DNA from: a virus
IMG/VR virus record: IMGVR_UViG_3300031623_001144
Coordinates: 3,971 to 67,970 of that record
DNA: 64,000 bases
Strand: one strand, 5' to 3'
Of this stretch, positions 10,128-19,350 are shown in pieces. Numbering within the stretch: position 1 is the stretch's first letter; each line of letters opens with the position of its first letter. A model generated the notes under the pieces. That model saw only the letters and a list, made by a program, of their open reading frames with translations. It ran no database searches and was not told the DNA's origin. The position numbers and the translations under genes were made by a program.

Positions 10128-10507
10128 TATTCGTCTCCTTTTTGTAAAGCACTTTTTCTTATGTCTTCCATTTCATCTACGGCCTTATTAGCCTTGTTGT
10201 AGATATCCTCTCCTGCCTCGAAAAAGTCCTCTGGTAGTGTGTTGATACGGTCAAGATGCTCAAATATAGCATCTGAATACTCCCAAATCCCTTCTTCTAC
10301 ATAAGCCTTTTTGTTAATCAAATCAATTCCCATCATGACAGATTGTTCTACACCACCTTTAGTGTATTCAATACGAGTTGGGGTTAAAAACACAACATCA
10401 TTGATTTCAACTTCTTCTGTTTCTTCTGTGGATTCTTCTATATTTTCCTCATTAGATACAACAACTGGCTTTTGAGCCTCATACTTAAAGTCTTTTTTCT
10501 CGTTCAT
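10127..10507 (-). CDS. Acidic hypothetical protein
   Basis: ORF in operon-like arrangement. Confidence 0.65.
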   Translation of the reverse strand: MNEKKDFKYEAQKPVVVSNEENIEESTEETEEVEINDVVFLTPTRIEYTKGGVEQSVMMGIDLINKKAYVEEGIWEYSDAIFEHLDRINTLPEDFFEAGEDIYNKANKAVDEMEDIRKSALQKGDE

Positions 10508-10546
10508 GTCATATAATAGCTATTCGACAATCATAAATATGTTATC

Positions 10547-11008
10547 ATGGGTAAATTCAGAGAATTCTTATTGAACGAAGAAATCGGTCTTGGAGAGCTA
10601 GGACCGAAAATAGATGATCTATTCAACAGCCAATTGTTGGGCGGTCAAATTGGCGGTGCCATGACATCCATGGATACCGATCCTGTAGGGCAAGAGGGCA
10701 TAGGTGGTTCTGGCGGAAGCTTTGGAAACCAGTCCATGGCCAGAAGCAACCAGCTAAGTCTTCCATCAACAGATATGGATCTGCCTTCTGTAGAAAAAAC
10801 AGGAAGAATAACAACCCTGCTTCTTAAAAAGAACCCAATTTATGTCAGGTTGTCTGATGGGACGGAAGCCAGCTTTACTTATGATGAATACAAAAAGATT
10901 CAAGGAGAGCCTGCCTTGGGAAAGAACATGACTCTTGTTTTCCAGAGACGCCCCGAAGACGCCTCTGGTCAGCACTCAAAAGTTGATCAAGCAATCGTTA
11001 GGGATTAG
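10547..11008 (+). CDS. Putative internal head protein (capsid-targeting-like N-terminus)
   Basis: MGKFREFLLNEE; TAAATA at 10534-10539. Confidence 0.55.
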   Translation: MGKFREFLLNEEIGLGELGPKIDDLFNSQLLGGQIGGAMTSMDTDPVGQEGIGGSGGSFGNQSMARSNQLSLPSTDMDLPSVEKTGRITTLLLKKNPIYVRLSDGTEASFTYDEYKKIQGEPALGKNMTLVFQRRPEDASGQHSKVDQAIVRD

Positions 11009-11330
11009 CTCCTCTGTCTTTCTCCCAATCAACTCTCCACTTGTCGGCGTCTTCTATCATATCCGACAACTCTCTTGATGTACTTCTTTCTTGGACTTGT
11101 CCATTTTCGTTGTACTTCTTCAATTCATAAACCAGTTGTCTTACAACTTCAACTTTGTCTGGATCAAATCCGGGACCATAAGGAGATGGAGAATAATCTT
11201 TCTCCAGCCTTTCAATGACCCTATCGGCAGCTTTGTCTATTACAACTGTTCCAACAACGAATATTCCGATATTCATTAACGACACAAATGCAACAACCCA
11301 AAAAAACTTGTTCTTTAGTAAGTCTTCCAT
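10998..11330 (-). CDS. Single-pass membrane protein
   Basis: FFWVVAFVSLMNIGIFVVGTVVI transmembrane segment. Confidence 0.65.
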   Translation of the reverse strand: MEDLLKNKFFWVVAFVSLMNIGIFVVGTVVIDKAADRVIERLEKDYSPSPYGPGFDPDKVEVVRQLVYELKKYNENGQVQERSTSRELSDMIEDADKWRVDWEKDRGANP

Positions 11331-11331
11331 T

Positions 11332-12357
11332 TCACTCTCCTGCTTTTTCTATGGCGGCTAATTTTTCCAAAATCTCTTTTTGCTCTTCGTTTATTTCTTT
11401 AGGGACAAACAAGTCTACTTGAATAAACTCATCTCCGTTTTTATATATGCCCCTATTATTAAAGACAGGCAATCCTTGCTCCTTCAATCTCAATTTAGTG
11501 CCCGATTGTGTGCCTGCTGGTATCTTTAATTTTACCATCCCCGTTAGGGTGGGAGCATCCACCTCATCCCCTAAAACCAACTGAGTATAAGAAACGGGCA
11601 TCTTGCAAAGAATGTTGCCATTTTGCAGTCTTTCAAACAATTCGTTCTGCTTTACTTTTACCACAACATATAAGTCTCCTGCAATGCCATCTGCACAAGA
11701 CTCTCCCTGTCCTCTAAAAGCAAATCGCATTCCGTTTTCAACTCCCTTTGGCACTTTGAATGATGAAGTATGTTCTTCTGGATCTGTGAATCCTCCACTA
11801 CAACCCCCACAATGTGTCTTAATTGATTTGCCAGTGCCTTCACAAGCGGGGCAAGTGGTTTGGACGGTCATGGCCTGTCCGTGAATCACCTTCCTTCCCG
11901 ATCCCTCACAGTGCTCACATTTAACCTGATCTCCTCCTGTGCCGTTACAAGTTTTGCATAAAGATCGTTTTTGATATTTGATCTCAACAGTTCCACCATT
12001 GAGAACTCCAATCAAATCAATTTCATGCTCTACCAATATATGGTTGCCACGAGATTGTCTTGGTTGGTCTCTTCCAAACATCGAAGAGAAAAAATCATCC
12101 ACCGTAGAAGTGTAAGGCTTCCTTGCGCCACCACTTCTAACAGCCCCGAATCTGTCATACTCCGCTCTCTTTCGAGTATCTTCTAGTATCTCATAAGCAG
12201 AGTTGACTTTCTTGAATATCTCAGTCGCTTCTTTCTGCTCATCAGAACCCTGTTTGTGCATATCAGGATGATGCTTTTTAGCAAGTTCCTTATATGATTT
12301 TTTGATATCTTCTGAGGAAGCGTTTCTACTCACTCCCAATATTTCATATGGATTCAA
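11332..12357 (-). CDS. dnaJ: Chaperone DnaJ (class A)
   Basis: J domain with HPD, CxxCxGxG repeats, C-terminal GDLYV / IPAGTQSG; TTG start after GGAGGAG. Confidence 0.95.
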   Translation of the reverse strand: MNPYEILGVSRNASSEDIKKSYKELAKKHHPDMHKQGSDEQKEATEIFKKVNSAYEILEDTRKRAEYDRFGAVRSGGARKPYTSTVDDFFSSMFGRDQPRQSRGNHILVEHEIDLIGVLNGGTVEIKYQKRSLCKTCNGTGGDQVKCEHCEGSGRKVIHGQAMTVQTTCPACEGTGKSIKTHCGGCSGGFTDPEEHTSSFKVPKGVENGMRFAFRGQGESCADGIAGDLYVVVKVKQNELFERLQNGNILCKMPVSYTQLVLGDEVDAPTLTGMVKLKIPAGTQSGTKLRLKEQGLPVFNNRGIYKNGDEFIQVDLFVPKEINEEQKEILEKLAAIEKAGE

Positions 12358-13136
12358 AACTGAACTCCTCCCAACTCTTTACACATTTTATCGTAAGCCC
12401 ACAGTTGGGCTGGCGGCACATTCTTGTGCCATAACAACTGGTAATCATGAACCCCTTTATATTGAGCCACTAATCCAGATGGATAACACTCTCCACACTT
12501 TGCATAAAGGTTTTCAAAAAATGATCCATCTGTATCTTTTGTCCAAGGCTTGCCCGGAACAAGTTTTGTATCGTCCTTAAACCACGCACCATGTTTCTTA
12601 CAGCAATCTAGTCTCCAAGCCACCTGAGTTGCATCAACTTTTCCAAAAGGTACTATTTTCCCTTTCCACTTGTTGAACTTGCCTCTCAAATTATTCACAT
12701 TTTCGCTTTTCTGAAAAAATGGATTAAATATGTGAATTTTGGAGTAACAGTACATAATTCTTGGATGATTGATGAAATAGTCTGACAACTCTTTTAGATG
12801 CTCAGCAACCAGTTCATCATCGTCGCACAGTATAAGAGCAACATCTGCATCAGATTCTTTCATGGCTTCATTTGCCAGCTTTCCCAGAATCAACCCTTGA
12901 AGTATCTTATCTTCAAATTTCATATTGCTGTGAACAAACTTAACTTTATCCAAATGATCTTTAAGAATTTCCTCAACAATAGGCTTTCCGGGGATATCAC
13001 TTCCATCATCTCCAAAAGCAAGTTCCCAGTTTGTGTGGTGCTCATTCGCTTTTAGAATGCTGTTTAGTGTATTCCTGACCAAAATAGGTCTATTGTAATA
13101 TGAGCAAAGTATCAATATTTTTAATGAATCTTCCAT
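12354..13136 (-). CDS. Glycosyltransferase family 2
   Basis: SYYNRP, GDDGS, LCDDD. Confidence 0.8.
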   Translation of the reverse strand: MEDSLKILILCSYYNRPILVRNTLNSILKANEHHTNWELAFGDDGSDIPGKPIVEEILKDHLDKVKFVHSNMKFEDKILQGLILGKLANEAMKESDADVALILCDDDELVAEHLKELSDYFINHPRIMYCYSKIHIFNPFFQKSENVNNLRGKFNKWKGKIVPFGKVDATQVAWRLDCCKKHGAWFKDDTKLVPGKPWTKDTDGSFFENLYAKCGECYPSGLVAQYKGVHDYQLLWHKNVPPAQLWAYDKMCKELGGVQF

Positions 13137-13146
13137 AACTATATTT

Positions 13147-13743
13147 ATGTTCGTTTCTCACAAACACAGATTTGTTTATATGGCACCCGGCAAAACTGGG
13201 ACAACATCCATGCAGGCAGCACTAAGCAAGGCGGGAGCTAAGCCCTTCATATGGAAATTCACGACCCCGATCCCTGACACTTGGGAAGAAATAGTCGCTA
13301 AGCACATCTGCCATCTTCCTGAAGAAGTTAAAGATTACTATGTGTTCGCTACTGTTAGAGACCCTTTCAAACGACAAATCTCTCGATACCTTCATGGCCA
13401 AAGAAACAGAAATCCTTCTCAAGAAGAATTTGAAAAATTCCATTTTTCGACAACCAATCGTAGAAGTTGTTATCATCTTTTGCATCTACAAAAGGAATAC
13501 GTTCCACCTAAAGGGTTTGTCAATTACAAGATAAACAAATTTCTTAAATTGGAAACACTTGAAAAAGATTTTAACTCACTTCCTTTTATTGACAAGAAAA
13601 TAAAATTCCCTCATAAGAACAAAAATCAAATATCTCTCGATTTGAATTTCACTCCAGAAATGGTTGATCATCTAACAACAACTTGGCAGGAAGATTTTGA
13701 ATTTTTTGGTTACAGCAAATATTATGGAATACCACTCATTTAA
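13147..13743 (+). CDS. Sulfotransferase family 2 protein
   Basis: PGKTGTTS (5'-PSB loop), VRDPFKRQISRY (3'-PB), DFEFFGY C-terminus. Confidence 0.85.
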   Translation: MFVSHKHRFVYMAPGKTGTTSMQAALSKAGAKPFIWKFTTPIPDTWEEIVAKHICHLPEEVKDYYVFATVRDPFKRQISRYLHGQRNRNPSQEEFEKFHFSTTNRRSCYHLLHLQKEYVPPKGFVNYKINKFLKLETLEKDFNSLPFIDKKIKFPHKNKNQISLDLNFTPEMVDHLTTTWQEDFEFFGYSKYYGIPLI

Positions 13744-13746
13744 TGT

Positions 13747-14598
13747 GTGATAATTACAAAGCCAAAAATTCAAATCATTGCAACAATACTTGCCAAGAAT
13801 GAAGAAGACATCATCGGTCAAATGATCGAACACACCATAAGCCAAGGTGTGTCTCAAATAATCTTCACAGATAATGCGTCCACCGACCGTACAAAGGAAA
13901 TAGCAGCAAGCTACCCTGAAGTTGTGGAGATCATCGACGAATCAGAAGATGACCACAACCAGACCAAGTGGGTCACACATATGGCTCGACTTGCCTGCAA
14001 GTTAAATCCAGATTGGATAGTTCATCTGGACGCCGACGAACTGTGGTGTGGATTACAAAACCTCAGACATTTTAACACATCAGTTGTGAGATGTGAGAGA
14101 ATGTATTTGCACCCTCCCATTAGCTGGGAATTCGATTTTCTTAAATCGAAGCATTACGTTGACTTCGATCATCTCCCTATACCACAAGAATGTAAGATAG
14201 CTCACCGCCCAATGGAAGATGTAGTAATCACACATGGCAACCATGGCATATCAGAACCAGATGTTTCTTATTCCACCACTACAGAGGTTTACCGACATCA
14301 TTATCCTATAAGATCGTTTAAGCAGTGGGAAAGAAAGTGTTTAGGGCATGAATGTCTTCAAAGAAGAGGTTCATCTTGTGTTAGATGGGAAAATTGGTAC
14401 AATGACATGACTAATGACAGGTTGGGGAAACGATTTACTAGACTTGTAAGAGTCTGGAAACAAATGTTAGAAGACCCCCAACCTGAACTCTTACATGATC
14501 TCATGGAGTTTTGGGTGACGGAAGAGATGTTAGAGTTCTTTAAGAACAACGCAAACATGATGCCACGCATCGGGGAATGGCCCAAAAATGAGAAGTAA
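13747..14598 (+). CDS. Glycosyltransferase family 2
   Basis: KNEEDII, DNASTDRT, WIVHLDADE, HGNH, HYPIRS. Confidence 0.85.
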   Translation: MIITKPKIQIIATILAKNEEDIIGQMIEHTISQGVSQIIFTDNASTDRTKEIAASYPEVVEIIDESEDDHNQTKWVTHMARLACKLNPDWIVHLDADELWCGLQNLRHFNTSVVRCERMYLHPPISWEFDFLKSKHYVDFDHLPIPQECKIAHRPMEDVVITHGNHGISEPDVSYSTTTEVYRHHYPIRSFKQWERKCLGHECLQRRGSSCVRWENWYNDMTNDRLGKRFTRLVRVWKQMLEDPQPELLHDLMEFWVTEEMLEFFKNNANMMPRIGEWPKNEK

Positions 14599-15064
14599 AA
14601 TAGTCTTAATCAAAGGTTGGGGACCAATATCCCCTGAGATCACTTTAGGAGAATACGACCGTATCAACGCTGATTACGTTGTTCTTATAACGGCTCTTAA
14701 ATATCCTGCAACACTTCCAGAAGAGTTCTCTGGATTTGAATCTGACCCCACAGAAATGTATACCAACGTAGAAAAGATACTTGGTTACTGGGCAGAATAT
14801 GAGCAGGAGTATTTGATCGCAGCAGAATACGCTGGGATCATTACTGGCAGAAGTCGTCACGAAATAAAAGCTGTCGAGGGAGAATCTCTACAAACAGAAT
14901 GGTTCTATGACACGGTGAGAAACTATCACCGCCACTTCAACCAAAACGTGATTGACACAGAAATCATCTGGACCGAAGGTCACAAAAGAGTGATCATTGA
15001 TGGGAAGTCTCATCTACTGGAAGAGGCCATCCAGATGCTAAAGCCCCCTGCATATCTCGGTTAA
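14588..15064 (+). CDS. Hypothetical protein
   Basis: ORF overlapping the upstream GT2 stop. Confidence 0.6.
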   Translation: MRSKIVLIKGWGPISPEITLGEYDRINADYVVLITALKYPATLPEEFSGFESDPTEMYTNVEKILGYWAEYEQEYLIAAEYAGIITGRSRHEIKAVEGESLQTEWFYDTVRNYHRHFNQNVIDTEIIWTEGHKRVIIDGKSHLLEEAIQMLKPPAYLG

Positions 15065-15716
15065 ACCGCTTGATAAATTTGTCGGCCATCACATGGTCAA
15101 AATTTTCATTACAACAACCTTCATATGCCGCAACCCGTGGACTTGTTACCCACTCTTCTCTCAGGATTCCCAATTGTACTGAATCGTAATATCTACCGGC
15201 CTTGTATACGGCCCTACGACGCCTTCCCTCAATCTTGAAGCCCAGATGTCCTATCTCAAGTATCTGAGCCGCAGCGTGCGTCTCCAACACCTCTGCGCCC
15301 ACTCTTTGCATGTTGAGCACTTCAAATGCGAAATCAAGTCCACCAGAGAACGCTGGCTTGACAATCCCATTCATGTCTTTGCGTTTATCCTTATAGATCG
15401 ATCCACTGATATTACAAGAATGTCCTATCCAATCAATTTGAGTCAAGCAACAAATTCCAACCGGAACAACTCCCTGCCGTTTAACTTCAGACCCCATGAA
15501 GCCCTTCTTGCTCTTGGCCGCAGCTTCAGCGTCTATTTCTGCAATCATGTAAATTTCATCAGCCGGAATGTTTTCATACCATTTCTGTTGATCTTCAATA
15601 TTGATGATCATAGTAGCGTGAGTTCCCCACCAACTTTCTTGCTTTAGAGCAAGCAAAGAGTGAAGATCGCCTTTATGAAGCTTCCTAAAAGTTATGCCAT
15701 CTTTGTGCGTGTACAT
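14994..15716 (-). CDS. GNAT N-acetyltransferase (RimJ/RimL/PseH-like)
   Basis: FAFEVLNMQRVGAEVL, LGFKIEGRRR, YYDSVQLGILREEW. Confidence 0.85.
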   Translation of the reverse strand: MYTHKDGITFRKLHKGDLHSLLALKQESWWGTHATMIINIEDQQKWYENIPADEIYMIAEIDAEAAAKSKKGFMGSEVKRQGVVPVGICCLTQIDWIGHSCNISGSIYKDKRKDMNGIVKPAFSGGLDFAFEVLNMQRVGAEVLETHAAAQILEIGHLGFKIEGRRRRAVYKAGRYYDSVQLGILREEWVTSPRVAAYEGCCNENFDHVMADKFIKRFNRDMQGALASGWPLPVDETSHQ

Positions 15717-15985
15717 TCTAATACTCCTTTATTTACATGTTTGATACGACACGGCTCTTGAACCTTGCCATCTTTAACTGTCAATCCCTTGTTCACAATT
15801 TGTTTGATGAGTTGTTTAAGCTCATCACCTTCGGCTGTTACAATTTTTGTTGTAAGAGCATCATTCTCCGACTTGTTCTTTTGTTCTACTCTCTTCTCAC
15901 GAAAATCTTTGAATCCAGTAGACATCCCATGCTTAACAGCATCAAACATCTCACCTTCTTCTAGCATGTAATTTTTGAATCTCAT
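15692..15985 (-). CDS. Small protein with capsid-targeting-like N-terminus
   Basis: Likely start MRFKNYMLEEGE at 15985. Confidence 0.55.
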   Translation of the reverse strand: MRFKNYMLEEGEMFDAVKHGMSTGFKDFREKRVEQKNKSENDALTTKIVTAEGDELKQLIKQIVNKGLTVKDGKVQEPCRIKHVNKGVLECTRTKMA

Positions 15986-16242
15986 CAAAAACCTTCTTTT
16001 TTCCACTCAACAGTTTGTTGAGTGCCATCATAATATTCCCAGTTATGTCCAATATCCATATGCCAAACCTCTACATCATCTGATCGAGTCAAGATTGGCA
16101 TAAGATTGTCTGGCCCAATGTACTCAAGATATTCTCCCGGATTAAGCCACTGGTCTCCCATGTTTTGGGTTCTCACCATGATCGAATAATCATTATTGTT
16201 TTTGACAATATAGGTGTGGTTCAAAAACCCTCCTGCAACCAA
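15985..16242 (-). CDS. Hypothetical protein
   Basis: ORF in tightly packed run. Confidence 0.5.
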   Translation of the reverse strand: MVAGGFLNHTYIVKNNNDYSIMVRTQNMGDQWLNPGEYLEYIGPDNLMPILTRSDDVEVWHMDIGHNWEYYDGTQQTVEWKKEGF

Positions 16243-16490
16243 TTATGCAATGGAGATGTGCCGCCGATCCGACGACGCTCCAGCAAATCAGAATAAAAAT
16301 TAGCATGAGCAAACTCATCATCCCTATCTTCAAGAAGTCCATGCTCAACAAGAATCCAAGTTTCCTCTGTCGGATAGGCAACGCAGTCTTCATAAAGGAA
16401 TGAATCTCCCGGATGCAATAACTTCTCTGTGCCATCTGTAAGATCGACAAGTAAAATTACCGAGCACTTATTTGTCAGAGAGCAAATCAT
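16221..16490 (-). CDS. Hypothetical protein
   Basis: ORF in tightly packed run. Confidence 0.5.
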   Translation of the reverse strand: MICSLTNKCSVILLVDLTDGTEKLLHPGDSFLYEDCVAYPTEETWILVEHGLLEDRDDEFAHANFYSDLLERRRIGGTSPLHNWLQEGF

Positions 16491-17340
16491 TCACATACTC
16501 CTTCAAACAATGTTTTGGCTCCCAGTCCAACTTGGATTTGGACTCTTGTATGTCGGCCAAAGTTGTTTGAGCTTCTCCGGGTCTATCTGCTATGTGCTCG
16601 ATTGGATGATTGAACATTTCTGCCACTTCATTTATGGAATGATTCGTTCCTGTTCCGAGATTGAAAATATCTGCATTCCAATCTTCTTGGGACATGGCGA
16701 TCAAGCCGCTGACTATATCATTGACATGAGTGAAGTCTCTCCTCTTTTCTCCTGTGCCTGTAACCGTCAAAGGCAAGTCTTCTCTGAACTGTTTCTCAAA
16801 GATTCCGAGCACAGTTGCATATGCCCCTTCTTCCAATTGGCGGTAGCCATACACATTAAAGAATCGAGCAATGGCCACCGGAACTCCATACACTCTGTTA
16901 TACAACGTGGCGTAATCTTCAGCGAGTTGTTTTGTGAATGTATAAGGATTGGCGAATTTGTCATGATACACAGAACTAGAACCAGCATACACAAAACGAG
17001 CCTTATGCTTCCTGCACAATTCTAAAATCTCCACTGTGCCAGTGACATTAGATTTGTGAGTTAACACAGGCTTCTCAAAGCTGGGTTGAATTCGAGCTTC
17101 GGCAGCAAGATGAAACACTACATCAAACTTTGTTGGCGTTTCCTCCCATGACTTGGCGATCTGACTGTGTGTGTTTGACACATCATCTTGATCAATCTTT
17201 AAGTTCTTATGTGATGGCAAATTCTCCCACTTGCCTGTCGATACATTATCAAGCACCGTGACCTCATGACCTTCTTCCAACAATCTATCAACTAATGTTG
17301 ATCCAATAAAACCCGCTCCACCAGTAACCAAGTATTTCAA
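16468..17340 (-). CDS. NAD-dependent nucleotide-sugar epimerase/dehydratase (extended SDR)
   Basis: VTGGAGFIGS, HLAA, YxxxK (YTFTK), RFFNVYG, RDFTHV. Confidence 0.93.
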   Translation of the reverse strand: MKYLVTGGAGFIGSTLVDRLLEEGHEVTVLDNVSTGKWENLPSHKNLKIDQDDVSNTHSQIAKSWEETPTKFDVVFHLAAEARIQPSFEKPVLTHKSNVTGTVEILELCRKHKARFVYAGSSSVYHDKFANPYTFTKQLAEDYATLYNRVYGVPVAIARFFNVYGYRQLEEGAYATVLGIFEKQFREDLPLTVTGTGEKRRDFTHVNDIVSGLIAMSQEDWNADIFNLGTGTNHSINEVAEMFNHPIEHIADRPGEAQTTLADIQESKSKLDWEPKHCLKEYVNDLLSDK

Positions 17341-17371
17341 ATTTCCTCCGAAGGCGCATCACCATGAGCCT

Positions 17372-17698
17372 CTACACTACATTGTTCCAATTAGCTCTAT
17401 TAGCAACCCACTCTGATGTTATTTCAACTCCATCAGTAGGCGTTACTTGAATTGTGTTTTCTTGAATAACCCATTCATGTTGAGGAGCAGCAGCACCATC
17501 CTGTATGGTAATCGGCTGATAAGAATTCGACCCGTCAAAAGAAAATGTTGCTTGCTGATAAAAATCTTTTGCTTGCAACTCTGTCCCACAAATATCATCT
17601 AATGTTTTTTCAGCGTACTCTTCTTTTAGCTCCAATGACCCACGCCATCCAGCTTCATAGGCTTTTAACAAAGCTTCTTTAATTTTTGATCTTTCCAT
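17372..17698 (-). CDS. Hypothetical protein
   Basis: Likely start MERSKIKE directly after upstream stop. Confidence 0.55.
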   Translation of the reverse strand: MERSKIKEALLKAYEAGWRGSLELKEEYAEKTLDDICGTELQAKDFYQQATFSFDGSNSYQPITIQDGAAAPQHEWVIQENTIQVTPTDGVEITSEWVANRANWNNVV

Positions 17699-17699
17699 T

Positions 17700-18806
17700 T
17701 TACGTCCAGTAACTAACAAAATAATGCTCTCCATCTCTTTCACCGAGCAATATTGCAGTCATTCCTTTCTGTATAAGAGTCTCATCTATTCTCTTTTGCC
17801 CAATCAACACATCAGGAAATGATAATCCTGATCCCGACTTTGAAGAATGAGCCAATGAGCCAATGGATTCTTGCCATTCCCCTCCCGGCACCAACACTCT
17901 GAAGTGATCAAACAAAGTGCGTCTGCCCAAAGGTGGGTACTCGTCTAAATAATCCATCAAAGACTTCATTTCATCTGAAGCAATGTCTTCAAGATCATGA
18001 TAGGGATAAACTCTCGGCAAATATCTACACTCGGCCTGACCTTCAAATGTACCTTCTGGAATGATATATTTGTCTAAAGAGCAAACACATCCGATCATGT
18101 TCCCCAGAATCACAGCAGCTTCCACCAAGTTTATTTGATTGAATCCCATATATTGAGACAACTTGGATTTTTCGATAATGGTATTCAAGCCAATTTCTAT
18201 CTCTTCTGCCATGGACACAAGACCTGAATCAGCCAGTCTTGCTATTCTTTTCTTTGCCTCTTTAATGTCATTTTCATATTTAAGAACTCCATAAAAATAA
18301 TCATCAAAATCACTAGGCACGTCTCTTGGAGGAATCAACTGCATACCTTGAGCACGCTTTTCTTCACGATATGATTTCAAAAAAGTCTTTGTTTTGACAA
18401 ATCGAAGATAGCGAAGATTCAAAGAAGGAGAGTCTATGTTTCCATTAAGCTCTTTGTAAGTAGAATTAGATGTAACAGATCGCTTGAGGCTTTTTAGAAC
18501 ACTGTCAGAAAGACCCCACGTTTTTCCATAAGTGCAAAGTTTAAGATGATCAGTGGCTATTCTACTGAACTCACCACCATTAACCAGTTCGCCTAAAAAG
18601 ATAGACTTGAGATCAGGATGTCTCAAGTCTATATCTCTCGCAAAGTTTCTAAAACTTCTACCAAAGTCTCCCATGGCGTAAATGACTTCTTCTTCGCTAT
18701 GCACAGAAATCTCATTCAAGACACCTGTGAACAACTCTCCTTCAGCAAATTCTTCTTTACGAATATTTTTAAGAATCTTTCTTTGCTTTTTCTTTAGGGT
18801 TTCCAT
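17700..18806 (-). CDS. Hypothetical protein (368 aa)
   Basis: Long ORF, no motif recognised. Confidence 0.7.
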   Translation of the reverse strand: METLKKKQRKILKNIRKEEFAEGELFTGVLNEISVHSEEEVIYAMGDFGRSFRNFARDIDLRHPDLKSIFLGELVNGGEFSRIATDHLKLCTYGKTWGLSDSVLKSLKRSVTSNSTYKELNGNIDSPSLNLRYLRFVKTKTFLKSYREEKRAQGMQLIPPRDVPSDFDDYFYGVLKYENDIKEAKKRIARLADSGLVSMAEEIEIGLNTIIEKSKLSQYMGFNQINLVEAAVILGNMIGCVCSLDKYIIPEGTFEGQAECRYLPRVYPYHDLEDIASDEMKSLMDYLDEYPPLGRRTLFDHFRVLVPGGEWQESIGSLAHSSKSGSGLSFPDVLIGQKRIDETLIQKGMTAILLGERDGEHYFVSYWT

Positions 18807-19332
18807 CCTTGGACTCTTTCTTATTCAATCTTGCTGTAACGGTGTGCCCTTCAAATCCGGGCGGCTTCTCAACAGACACAATATCCTCAAGCATTATAAT
18901 GAGTTTTTCAAGAGCGGCAAAGCCTTTGTCTTTATGGGCTTTTTCTCTAGCCTTGAATTTAACGACCACCTTAACCTTGTGGCCTTTCTCTATGAACTTG
19001 CGAATTTGATTTGCCTTGGTAGTCAAATCGTTATCGTCAATAACATACCTGAAAGAAACTTCCTTGTCTTTAGCAAAATGTTGTTTCTTCTTTTTATTCT
19101 TTTCAAATATGAACTTGCCATAATCCATGATTTGACAAACAGGAGGATGAGCATTTGGAGACACCTCAACAAGATCAAGATCCAACGACACAGCCTTGGC
19201 TAAAGCATCTCGTGTCTTCATTACTCCTAGATTCTCTCCTTCATGAATCAGCAATACTTCGAAAATTCTGATTCTATCATTACACCGTACAAAATCTTGT
19301 TTTTTCTCAAACTTCTTTTTGGCCTTGGCCAT
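18769..19332 (-). CDS. infC: Translation initiation factor IF-3
   Basis: NDRIR, LDLVEVSPNAHPPVCQIMDYGKF, KEVSFR..ID.ND, GHKVKV. Confidence 0.95.
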   Translation of the reverse strand: MAKAKKKFEKKQDFVRCNDRIRIFEVLLIHEGENLGVMKTRDALAKAVSLDLDLVEVSPNAHPPVCQIMDYGKFIFEKNKKKKQHFAKDKEVSFRYVIDDNDLTTKANQIRKFIEKGHKVKVVVKFKAREKAHKDKGFAALEKLIIMLEDIVSVEKPPGFEGHTVTARLNKKESKDGNPKEKAKKDS

Positions 19333-19350
19333 TTATGTAAACTTCCTTTC

